Assembly (NCBI GenBank): GCA_964252035.1
Contig: OZ176205.1
Source: Podarcis erhardii
Taxonomy: Eukaryota
Strand: one strand, 5' to 3'
Length of the DNA: 64,000 nucleotides
This document shows, piece after piece, positions 22,073 through 33,224 of this stretch (position 1 is the first letter of the stretch; each line of letters begins with the position of its first letter). Both the position numbers and the translations under genes were made by a program. Below the pieces are notes generated by a model. The model was not told the origin of the DNA, did no database searches, and was given only the letters and a program-made list of their open reading frames with translations.

Positions 22073-22714
22073 TGTGCTGGACCCGGGGGAAAGGTACCGT
22101 GAGCGTAGTCTGAGTCCACACGAAGAGGGGCGAGGTCCGAGGCGGAGAGCCGGGCGGGGAACAGGAACGCTGGAACAGGAGGCCGAGCAGGGAACAGGAA
22201 CACCGGATGGTCAGGAACAGGAGGCCGAGCAGGGAACAGGAGCACCGGGTGGTCAGGAACAGGAGGCCAAGCAGGGAACAGGAACACAGGAAGGTCCAAA
22301 GCCAACAACGACGTTGCTCCCGCAACCTGGGACCGGGCTGACTGGGCTTTTATCCTCTTCTAAGGCCAGGGGCGGTCCCGGCCCCCAGGAGCCCCGCCTC
22401 CTCTGGCCTTAAGGCGAGCACTCCTCCTGGGAGCAACCAGTTCCCTTCGCCTCTCTGCCCTAAGCCTCTGCAGATCAGGAGAGGCCGAAGGGTTACTGGG
22501 CCCTGGAGGAGGCTCACCTGTAGCCACTGAGTCCTCAAGCCCCTCTGGGGCCTGAAGGGTTTCACCTGGGGCCAGCTCCTGGTGCTCTGCCACAGGTGCA
22601 GGCTCTTCAGCATCTAGGCCTTGCCCCAGTTCAGCCGGCCCTGGAGGCGGGGACTCCTGTGCAGGCTGGGATTCCTCTGGTTCATCCTCTGAATCGGAAT
22701 CCCAGGCCATCACA
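22073..22714 (-). repeat. 5' LTR (642 bp)
   Basis: On the minus strand begins TGTGATGG and ends CCAGCACA; no differences from 17049-17690 found by eye, and the ORF-track translations of the two copies match. Confidence 0.97.
22348..22354 (-). promoter_or_regulatory. TATA-like box of the LTR promoter (GATAAAA)
   Basis: Lies 25 nt upstream of the putative self-priming 5' end; the same motif and spacing occur in the solo LTR (42211-42217). Confidence 0.55.
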
Positions 22715-25328
22715 ACCGGTTTGGAAACCGAATCGGTTCACTATTTTGGCCCACCCTTGACAGCTTGTCATGCAAAGCTGCACTTAGTGAAATCCCCTCT
22801 TCTCTATGACTGTTAAGGAACTGTGTCCTCCTTTCTATCTAGCTATGAAAAAGCACTCTAGGCCTGTCCCTCAGCTCACACCTAATAAAGTCTCAGATTG
22901 CCCTGAGAATCAGCTTTCACCTAAAAGCTGGAAATGATATCAACAGAGTCCCCTGAGATTGCACCCTCAGGCTTACTCTGCAGATGAAGTGCTAAGAGAT
23001 GTGAACTGGCCAAAGTCTCTCATAAAGTTTGTGGCAGAGAAGAGAGATGAACAACACTGTGGATGAACAGGGTGGCCATATGTCCTATTTTACTCCAGAC
23101 AATCCTCTACTTGAAGGGCTGTCCAGGCCAAAGTCTGGTTTGAATATATGTCTGGTTATCAAGGCCTTCCCCTTGAGGACGATAACACTTCATGCGTTTG
23201 GCAATATGGGCCCTAGTCTGTGAAAGCTTAGGTCATAACTCTGTAACTCTTGAAGGTGCCACAGGACTGTTGTTTTTGCTGCAACAATCTAGCATGGCTG
23301 TCCCTCTGAAAGATGTTGCCTCAGATATGCCAGTGTGCTTTCAGCTTTCTTAACTGATAACTTTTATGAATCAATTTATGCATTCATCTTTCACCACTCT
23401 AGGCATCCTCAAGGTGACATGCATCACAAAAATAACACCACTGAAGTACAATCCCCTCCCCAAAGCCAACAGCAATTAAACAGAGAGACTACGGCTGCAG
23501 GCACCCCATACATTTAGAGCACATTTAAAGCATATGACTTCCTCAAAAGAATCATGGGAACTGTAGTTTACCCCTCACAGAGCCAGCCCCCATGTCAAAC
23601 TACAGCTCCCATTATCCTTTGGAGGAAGTTGTGTGCTTATAAATGTATGATGTGTATGCAGCCTATTGATTTCTATAGGAGCGGTTCAACCATTCTGATT
23701 TCTCTCTCACCGAGATAGCTCAGCTTTAGCTTATAGTCGTTCTTATTTTACTAATATGTTATGGAATAAAATGGGCAAAATTATAATACACCAGAGGGGG
23801 AAACATAGCTCCCTACCTTTTGGTTTTTTAATAAGACCTTGAGCCAATAAGGTCATTTAAATTTACATCCCTTTCCCCAAAGCTGGTCCCTAGAAACCGT
23901 TCTCCCCTGCCCCACATGAATATGCATGCCTACCTATAAGGCTTCTCTTTCTCTCCCCCCGCCCCCCCTTCTCTCAGACTTCCTGACAGAATTCCTACCC
24001 ATCTGAGTGGCCTTCAAGAATGGACTGTAACTCTGCTCAGTCTAAAGTGGGGAAAGGGGGAGACAGGCTTTTCATTTAAACACCCTCCCCCCTCGATCAA
24101 GAGTAAACATTGTTCCTTTCACAAAGGAGCAGATTGTATTAGCTGGGAGATCAAGATAGAAGGAGAGACTCCTATGAGCAGAAGGCAAACGGGATGTGAA
24201 TATAAATTCTGCAAATATTTTCTTTCAGCCGCTGTGCGTAATCCCAGGAAATGGATCCAGTTTCGTTGCTGGAGGTGGGGGAGTGGGGAGCACTCTGCAT
24301 TCCAGTTGCCACAGGTTTCTTTGTGACAGTTTAAATATTTCATCCTGGGGGGGTGGGGGTGGGACTTTTCTTCAGACATTATTTAACCCTGCTCAGATCT
24401 GAAAAAAACACACAAAAGGAAGCAACAAGAAAAAATGGCGACAGGTAAAGGTTTTTGTAATGTGGGATAACAGAAGTGAAAATAGGGACACTTTTGTTTT
24501 CAGCACCCTCTTTTTTGCACAGGAAGATAGGAAGCCAGCCCTGTGTCAAGTCAAACCACTACTCCATCAACCTCCATCAACTGGAATATCTGGTTGGCCG
24601 CTGTAAGAACAGGATGCTGGAGGAGCCTTTTCTCTGATCCAGTAGGGCTTTTATTTTGTTCAGTATTGTCCACAGTGGCAGGCAGCTGCTGTCCAGTGTT
24701 TCAGATGAGGGAAATTCGCAGTTCTGCCTGGAATTGTCTGGGATTGAGTTCTGAATGCAAAGCAGATTCTCTATCACTGAGCTATGGCCTTTCCCCTCCA
24801 GAGATATAGAAAAATACAGAAATGCTGAAACACAGGAAGTATCAGTGCTTGGTCTCTCTCCACAAACCCCACCCTCAATCAGAACACGATTCCTACAAAC
24901 CAGATGTTGCCACAGGTTTCAGAGAGCCTCTTAGTTGCTCTTTCAAAAAACCGGTGAGAGGCACGATCTCGTCTTTTATTCAGGTTTCCCAGAGTTTCTC
25001 TTGAGCTGGGTGGGCTCAATTGCATTAGACCACAATGTTTCTCGAGGCCCGCTATTCCATCTGACAGAAGCCATGAGGCAGCACTGTGGTGGTGTATGTG
25101 GTACACCACATCATTAAGATGCTCTCGCTGGATCCAGAAAAGGTTTCTATCATACACTTCAAGTTACAAACGCCAGCATCTGCCAGGTCCACCAGATGGC
25201 TTCCATTAGAGAGGCCCAAAGTGGTGCCAGTCTCAGGTCTATTTGGCACATGAAAGGGGTGCATTTTATGGGGCAATGTAGCAAATAGAGTCAGAACAAG
25301 AAGTAATTATAAAGGGCTGCCACCAATT

Positions 25329-25800
25329 TGAAGGTGACCCAGAAACTACAATTAATCCAGAATGCGGCAACTAGACTGGTGACAAAGTAGGTCCTGAAAG
25401 ACCTACTTTGGCTTCTAGTAAGTTTCCGAGCACAATTCAAAGTGTTGGTGCTGACCTTTAAAGCCCTAAATGGCCTTGGCCCAGGATACATGAAAGAGCA
25501 TCTCCACCTCCAGTGTTCAGCCTGGACACTGAGGTCCAGCTCCAAGGGCCTTCTGGTGGTTCCCTCACTCCGAGAAGTGAGGTTACAAGGAACCAGGCAG
25601 AGGGCCTTCTCGGTAGTGGCACCTGCCCTGTGGAACGCCCTCCCATCAAATGTCAAGGAAATAAACAACTATCTGACTTTTAGAAGACATCTGAAGGCAG
25701 CCCTATTTAAGGAAGTTTTTAATGTTTGATGTTTTATTGTGCTTTTAATATTCTGCTCGGAGCTGCCCAGAGTGGCTGGGGAAACCACTCTGATGGGCAA
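25329..25800 (+). mobile_element. L2 LINE 3' fragment
   Basis: Same ORF2 C-terminus (VLTFKALNGLGPGY...APALWNALP), 3' UTR, and (TTA)n tail beyond. Confidence 0.92.
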
Positions 25801-25825
25801 ATATAAATAATATTATTTATAATAA

Positions 25826-25861
<36 letters not shown>

Positions 25862-26398
25862 GTCATTCATGAATTTGGATGCATGTTTCACCTTTATAAA
25901 TAAAGACCGGGCATGGAGTGGGCTTATATTTACATTATAGGTTGCCTCAGGGGTCTCTGACAAGTGCAAATAGCTTTCCGTTCAGCTCCCATTGGTTATA
26001 GCCAGACTGCTGATCGACTGCATTTAGTTTCTGCAATGTAGAAGCAGATAAGAGGATGGGATGAAGCTCAAATCAACACTCTGATTTCTCGCAGCTATGC
26101 TATAACTAGGGATGGTCCATTTCAGTTTCTTTCTGCTTCTATTTTTCCAATCTTAAATTCAATGGCCCACATTTGTTCTTCAATCTGTATATTTTTTTAA
26201 AAAAATGTAATGGAAATTCACATTTTATTGCAAATTTCATGAACCGACATATGCATATGATGATGGTGATGATGATGATGATGCTATGCCTTACCTGGAG
26301 AGGAGTCTCAGATGATGACCACAGAGGTTTGGATGGGAAGAAGTAATCATGTAGGGAGATGCAAACATATGTGTAGTGAAATAAACAATAGATAGCTG

Positions 26399-26595
26399 CA
26401 CTGGTGGAGGAAGAGGAGTGTGGGGGGAGAGCACCACCCCCAGCAGTGCGATCCTGGTGGGGTGCCATCACGACTGCCCCCCCGCCCTGGGCAGCAGGCC
26501 CCTGCAGGTGGTGTACCACGCCCCCAGGACGCACGCCAGCCCCGCCGCTGTCTGCTCTCCATCCCCCGGTGCCGGAGCATGAAGCTCTGCCACTG
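26399..26595. mobile_element. hAT-type MITE
   Basis: Ends CACTGGTGGAG/CTCTGCCACTG; TSD G(A/T)TAGCTG. Confidence 0.75.
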
Positions 26596-28366
26596 GTTAG
26601 CTGGCCTCACCTGTGGGCCAAAAAGTTGCTGTGACTTCTGCTTTAATGTTATTTCTCCCTGCAACCTGAACATGAATTAATAAAGACAATTAAATGGGCT
26701 TGTGTGAAAGAGGAACTAGATCAAGTGGTATGTTTGCTAAATGTTGTTAAGATCCACAGAGAAGCAAATCCCTACCATCACAAGAATTCACTATGCAAGA
26801 AAGATGACATCAGGTGACTGACAGGTGGGTTGCCCTGCCTACCTGTCAAGTTGCTTGTGCACCCAACAGTCAGCTGGTTGTTGGGTGACTGGGAACTGCA
26901 GTGCAAGGGGCTTTGTTGAGCATAAGGTTGGCAAATCTGCTTTCTGCAGGAATTGGCTGTGTGATCAAGTTACCCATTGCAGGTCTTCAAGCAGCAACTG
27001 GACAGCTTGGGGATATCTTAACACTGAATTTTCTGCATCATGCAGCGTGTGGTTGAACTCTAAAACTATATGTTTTAATTGGAAGGGGAAAAAACAGATG
27101 ACTTCAGCTCCTGAGAGAGATGGGGAGCTGAGTGGTAGAGCATTTTAGACAAAACATTCAAGAATGTCCATAGAAACGTCATGATAAAAGGCTGTGTGAC
27201 AGAACTCCATTGTTTACACTAATTCTCCCTTTGTTAGGGACCCCTCTGCTTTAAATTTTCCACCTTAACTTTGCTCCCAGGTTTTTCTATTATTGCCACC
27301 CTAGGTTTCCATAGAAATAACCAGGTCAGGGTAACAAAAGACTGTTGACGACGCAGAGCAAAGTGCAGAATGCAGAATGAGTTGCATCACAGCATCACCA
27401 GCGATGGGAGGATGGAATGGATGGACCACTGGTTTGTTCCAGTCTGACAGCCTCCCAGCTGTTATTCAGGAGCTGAGAAAAGGATTAAGAAAAATGCCCA
27501 ATTACAATTTTCTTTCTGTCTGTTGCACATTCTTTTTAGTCTTTTGGCAACTAGTGAAGCAATTGTGTCTAGAATCCTCTTAATCACTCCTCCCACCCAG
27601 CAATAACACAATAGCTGGGATGATGCTCCTTTGCGCCTCCCCCCCCCTTCAGAGCTTAAGAATGCAGTTCTTTCACTTCACCACATCACTAGTAAATTGA
27701 TTTGCAGGCCTCACCCAGAGGCATTTGCCTAGACTTTTCAATACCAGCATATTGCATACGTATTGTTCTGCCTGGGGCAGAATAGCAAAGGCCTCCCTGC
27801 AACCAGGTCAAGATGCAGAGTAACTGAGGTCAGTCAAATTTCTTTGGGATCCTACAAACCCCTCTTCCTTTCCCCAGCAATAGCTGCTTCTGCCGCTTCT
27901 CTTCTTGTTTTTTTGTTATTACTACTGCTACTATTTGGTGCAGTTACCTGAGGCAACCACTTAACTCTACCCAATGGTAGGGCCAGGTCTGCCTACAAGG
28001 AAAAGAACAGCGACCCCACTTCCAACTCAGAACCAGAAATTCCTTCTATATGGTTGGCACCCTGAGGTTAATTCTTAGACGAGTCTGAGATGGTGGCAAT
28101 GGGCAGGGGAGTGAGCTTGAGCTGCGTTGGAAGAGCTGTGGCAAACTTTGAGGATGCTATTAAAATACTGTGCCTTGTCAATGGAAAGATTTCTACTTGC
28201 ACGATGGGCCATCCCCCCATTCTCTCCTGTATGTCCCATGTTCTCCCCAAATCTGCTCCCAAGGGCTGGGGGAGCCTGTAGGACAGATTTAGTGGGCATG
28301 GGGGGGGAGGGAAGAGGGAGAACGTTCTCTGGTGCAAGCAGAAGTCTTTGCACAAATGAAACATTC

Positions 28367-28416
28367 ATATAGAATCATAGAATTGCAGAATTGGAAGGGG
28401 CCATGGGGGTAATCAA

Positions 28417-28455
<39 letters not shown>

Positions 28456-28639
28456 ATATTATTTAAACCCCACCCATCCTGCTGGGTCTCCCCAGCCACT
28501 ATGAGCAGCACCCAAAAGAATATTTAAAAGATGATAAATCTAGTTCATCCACCTGCAATGCAGGAATCTTTTGCCCAATATGGGCCTCAAACTCACGAAC
28601 CCTGAGTTTAAGAGTCTCATGCTCTACTGACTGAGCTAT
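28367..28639 (-). mobile_element. tRNA-headed SINE with CR1-type tail, interrupted by (CAT)n and a short L2 3' end
   Basis: Minus strand TAGCTCAGTCAGTAGAGCATGAGACTCTTAA...GATTCCTGCATTGCAG...TTCTATGATTCTAT; L2 terminus at about 28455-28530. Confidence 0.7.
28415..28454. repeat. (CAT)n microsatellite
   Basis: Direct reading. Confidence 0.95.
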
Positions 28640-30000
28640 ACTGATACAGTGCTGCATAGGATACAAACCTTAAACTTTAACCCCTGTTGAGCTTCCAGTG
28701 ATGCCATCAGGAGCATGATGTGGTACAGAGTCTTCTGTGAAGCCTGGGGCATCTCTTGGATGGGGTCTTCCTTGCCATAACCACTTGCATTGCTTCTGGG
28801 AACAAGGGTAATGGGCAGGGTTCAGTCCTGGTTGGAAAGGGTTGGAATAAGCTGTAGGGAGGCATCAGGCAGCCTGCACATATGTTTTTGAGATATCTGG
28901 CATCACAGAGACTACAAACAGAGTTGGATTCATTTTCAGATGTCTGCTGAATTAATCCTTTTATCTGATTAACTTAGAATCAGATGTAGGGAGTCCACCC
29001 GTCACCCATTATTGGAGGGCACATGGAAATTCTACATTACATTTGCTGCTGCTGCTTGTTGAGGGCAACTAGTACTGATATCTCACTATCTTTCCAAGTT
29101 CATTAACGTCAGGTCAAATTTCCTGGAACTAAAATTCAGTTTACTATAGTTGTATGGTGAACAGTCATTTTACACTGGCCTGGATGATTGCACTCGGATT
29201 TCTGAGAAAAATCGTAACTGAGTTATCCAGATCATTATGGAATAGATTATCCTGGTCCTTAGATGCATAGTTTGTCTAAGCGTTTGGCATTTTCATCTTC
29301 ACAAGTGCTATTTGGTACTCACGAGAATGAGTTTATGTAACATGTTTTGTATAACTTGTGTTTGTTATAAGTATGTGCTGCATATGTCCTGGCAGTGGAA
29401 GGAAGTTGTCAAGAATTAACCAAAGCCAACATTGCGGAAACAAACAAGTTGGCTATATCAGTTAAATGACAATGGGTTTGGAGCTGGATAGGAGACAACA
29501 GTGTAAAAAAAGCCATTTAGGTTGCATAAACCCAAATGTAGGGCATGTAATTCATGGAAATTAAAAATATTACTCTAGTTGGCATGGGTTAAGCCTCTCT
29601 GCAGTGTTGTTGCTGGTTTTGATCATCGTCTGAATAAGGATGCAAGGAAACTGTTCCCCCCCCCCCAGCACAATATGGTATGAGGAAAGGAACTTCAAAA
29701 TTATAGTGATGTGTCAAATGTTCTCCTGTTTCAGTTTTTGGATCGAAAGAAGTACTTTCAAGGGATGGAAATATTTCTTAGAATTTTTTTTGGGGGGGGG
29801 GAGAACACTCACTTGTTCTGATCATTTTCCCACTAGCTGTTATTTCTTTTTCTTTGGTGGTTCACTGGCACAGCAGTGGAGCTTGTCTTCAAGGGGCCCA
29901 GGGTGGGCAGCTGCCCTGGGTGTGTGTGTAGAGGGTGACATGAGGAGAATGCAGTAGAGCAGACACACATCCTTCCAAACAGTCGGATTGGGATGGTGGT

Positions 30001-30078
30001 GTTTCCTGCTTGGCAGGGGGTTGGACTCGATGGCCCTTGTGGTCTCTTCCAACTCTATGATTCTATGATTCTATGATT
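30001..30078 (+). mobile_element. CR1-type 3' tail
   Basis: GGGGTTGGACTCGATGGCC...TTCCAACTCTATG(ATTCTATG)n. Confidence 0.8.
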
Positions 30079-30264
30079 TTAAGGGTGCATGCCTGCTTTA
30101 TCCTCCTGGAGTTGTCCTGCCAGCCCCATGCTGCTTTGCAAGGCTGGAATGTGGAATCAGACACACAAAGCAGCACAGAGATGGCAGGGGCAGCATGAGG
30201 AGCAAAATGCACCCTCAAAAAAACACAAAAAACCCTGTGTCTGACGCAATGTCCCCCTCCCCGG

Positions 30265-30890
30265 CTATGCTATACGATACAATAATCTTTATTGTCATTG
30301 TCCCATACAGAACAACGAAATTGAAAAAATCTACATCAGACATTCAAAAACCAACAAGCCTGCTATCCCAGCTATCCCAGCCTGGTTAGCCCCCTAAAAA
30401 CTCTGATACCCCATAATTAAATACAATATACTCCCATAGAGTCTACCTTACACTGCATTTAAAACCAAAATCGCATTTGGATAGAAATTGTTTCTCAGGG
30501 GGCTAGTCCTAGACTTTATAACCCTGTACCTTCTTCCAGAAGGCAGAAGCTGAAAGAGATCATTTCCGGGGTGCGCACTATCCTGCACTATCTCTGCAGC
30601 TTTCTTATGGCACCTGGCAGCATAGATTTGATCTAAGGTGGGAAGAGTGCACCCAATTATTCTCTCTGCAGTCTTTACAACTCTGGACAGCATTGTTTTT
30701 CCCCTGACCATGCAGCTCCCAAACCACACACACAGACCATAAGTTAATACACTCTCAACAGTACAATGGTAGAATGCCATCAACAGGTCCTTTGAGAGAT
30801 TATTTTTCTAGAGGTTTCTCGGAAAATATAATCTCTGCTGTACTCTCTTCATAAGGTCTTTACTGTTTTCTCCCCAGGTTAGGTCATCTC
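30265..30890 (-). mobile_element. Rex1/Babar LINE 3' fragment
   Basis: ORF FYHCTVESVLTYGLCVWFG...HPGNDLFQLLPSGRRYR..KSRT..LRNNFYPNAI is typical of the Rex1 C-terminus. Confidence 0.88.
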
Positions 30891-30916
30891 TCAACTCCAT
30901 TCCCAACACTGGCATG

Positions 30917-31246
30917 CAGGGGCATATCTGCTATGAAACTATTCTACTTCAGGGCCCCTAAACCCAGAGGGGCCCCATAAACAACCTTAATACACATTGC
31001 TTAAAATTTTTGGGTCTAGTAGACCCAGGCTGAGTTGCACAACTCAAATTGCTATTTGTTGTTGTTGTATATATTTCAACAGTCTCAAAGCTTGAGAGCC
31101 AGTAGCACAAATGTTGTAAAGGTGTGGGGATCTGCCGTGGAACAACTCCATTGCAGAAGGTAACAGTGGTTACCCAGACCCCACTGCTGGTGGCGAAAGG
31201 ATGGCAGTTCATGCTTCAGGGCCCCCCAAATGTAGGTCTGCCACTG
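30917..31246. mobile_element. hAT-type MITE
   Basis: Ends CAGGGGCATATCT/AGGTCTGCCACTG; perfect 8-bp TSD CTGGCATG. Confidence 0.85.
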
Positions 31247-31274
31247 CTGGCATGCACCATATATGAGTTATTTC

Positions 31275-31420
31275 AGTGGTGAGCCCGTCACTGTCTCTTA
31301 GCCTAACCTACCTCACAGGGTTGTTGTGAAGATAAAGTGGGGAGGAGGAAAACTGTGAAGGTCACTTTGAGCTCCTTGGAGAAGAGATGAGATGTCAAAG
31401 GAAAAGTAAATAAATAAATG
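31275..31420 (+). mobile_element. MIR/L2-tailed SINE 3' end
   Basis: CTTAGCCTAACCTACCTCACAGGGTTGTTGTGAAGATAAA...AAATAAATAAAT. Confidence 0.65.
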
Positions 31421-32436
31421 GGCTTAAGGACAAAAATATAAGGCTGAATGGTCATGGAGAGTTTGAAAGCAAGGACAAAAAGTCTGTGCTAGATCTGGGA
31501 GCAGAGAGGAACATAGTGCAAGGATGTGTTCATTAGAAATGATCACGTAGATGTGCAAATGTTTTTGTGGGGGTTTTTTATATACAACTCCTACACAAGA
31601 GTGGTATCAGTGTAGGAAAATCAGGCCTCAAGCAGCCCCAAGAGGCTGAGAGGATTCAGATAACCATGTTTGCTGTTTTTGGAGCAGCGTATAAAACCCC
31701 ATCGTCTGTGGAATAAGTTGAAACAAAACAGGTTTATTAAAATGTAGTGAAAACCAGAGCTTGTTTGTTTGCTTTAAAATATCAGATACATAGGAGCACT
31801 TTTTCGTTTGGCAAAAAATTAAAACGTACAACACTGGTTGACAAACCGTGGCCATAATTCAAATGAATGAGTTGGATGTCTTATAACTTTTAAAAAAGAA
31901 GATGGAATATTTATCTTCTCAATGGAATGAATCAACTGATAGTTTTGGATATAGTTTAATTATTCCATACCGGCATTATAGCTTCGCTAAAAGTTTCCAG
32001 CTGAGACCAAGGATGGTTTTTCCTTGAAGCTTTGAGCAGTTTAAAAATTATTTTGATGGGTTTGCAGCAAAGATGCCAAGACTTATGTCATTTGTTGTAG
32101 CTGCGATGTTATCCTCAATGCTTATTAAATCATAAACTCCTCTACTAATGTGTGCTACAGACTGAGAGGCCATAATGCATGTTCCATAATTGTGTAGAAG
32201 TATGAATGAAACAGAATCTCTGGATAATCTCTCACAGTTACAAATCAAGCCTGTGGGAAGTAGTAGCACAAACAGAAAAGGACACCTACCATTCCCAATG
32301 AATGTGCATTGAGAGTTAATTGCATGTTCACATTTGCATTCATGGTTTCCTCAGAATTTTTGCCTTTGCTTGTTTGTTTAACCCAAAACCACTACAGGAA
32401 GCCACTTTGAATCAGGACTGGAAGTTTGGGTAACAG

Positions 32437-32923
32437 ATCTCCTGGGCATGGTCGGCCAATTGGTACCAAAGAAAGATAAGACCTTTTTTATGTACGCAAC
32501 AACAGCAGCAAGAATCCTTTTGGCGAAGTATTGGAAGACTAAAGAACTACCTACTCTGGAAGAATGGCAGACCAAGGTGACTGAATTTATGGGACTGGCA
32601 GAGATGACCGGCAGAATCCGTGACCAGAGGAAAGAGACAGTGGAGGAGGACTGGAAAAAATTTAAAATCTATCTTAAAAATTGTTGTAAAATTTCGGAAT
32701 GTTAAGATGTCAGGGGATTGGACACAAAGAATTACAGCTATAAATCGAAATTTATAAAGCAGAAACTCTTTTTAAAGAGAACTAAATATAAAAATGGGAT
32801 GAAGAATTGCTAAAAATTTTGAAATTTGGATGCAGTGAAGGGGAGGTTTGGGGAAGTCGCATTATGTTTGTTCGTTTTTTGTTTATGTTGTAAAATCAAT
32901 AAAAATTATTATAAAAAAAAAAA
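32437..32923 (+). mobile_element. 5'-truncated L1 LINE with poly(A) tail
   Basis: ORF2 C-terminus MYATTAARILLAKYWKTKELPTLEEW; AATAAA and A-tail; 17-bp TSD GGAAGTTTGGGTAACAG at 32420-32436 and 32924-32940. Confidence 0.93.
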
Positions 32924-33186
32924 GGAAGTTTGGGTAACAGGAAGAGGATGCTTATTTCTATTGCTGTATGCCGTCTATCAAGTAATGGTCAAGCACTCTG
33001 CTACCAGGGTGAGGTGGGAATGCATGACCAGATCTCCCATTTTAATTTTAACTTGGAGTGGCCCCATACTATGCATTTACTGTGGAACAGCGACCCCTTC
33101 TTTTTCAATTTTTACAGGGCATCTATATATTATCATCAAACCCTTCCTGTGTTTTCCCTGAGCTCTTTCTGAGCTGAATCCAACAA

Positions 33187-33190
<4 letters not shown>

Positions 33191-33220
<30 letters not shown>
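33191..33220. repeat. (TG)15 microsatellite
   Basis: Direct reading. Confidence 0.97.

Positions 33221-33224
<4 letters not shown>

Larger units (their letters stand above)
17049..22714 (-). mobile_element. Full-length Ty3/Gypsy LTR retrotransposon, chromovirus (Tf1/sushi-like), very recent insertion
   Basis: Two 642-bp direct repeats with TG...CA ends (17049-17690, 22073-22714); 5-bp TSD ACCGG at 17044-17048 and 22715-22719; polypurine tract next to the 3' LTR; internal gag-PR-RT-RNaseH-IN-chromodomain order. Confidence 0.98.
12510..29388 (-). ncRNA. Candidate spliced minus-strand transcript (lncRNA or decayed gene); unconfirmed
   Basis: Short segments bounded by good acceptor and donor motifs at 29323-29388, 27948-27992 and 26611-26665; a donor at 26295; a strong terminal acceptor at 13195; minus-strand AATAAA at 12557-12562. 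Confidence 0.2.

Noticed and set aside
24879-25157. 92-codon minus-strand ORF with protein-like composition
   Set aside because: No ATG, no convincing splice sites and no family recognised.
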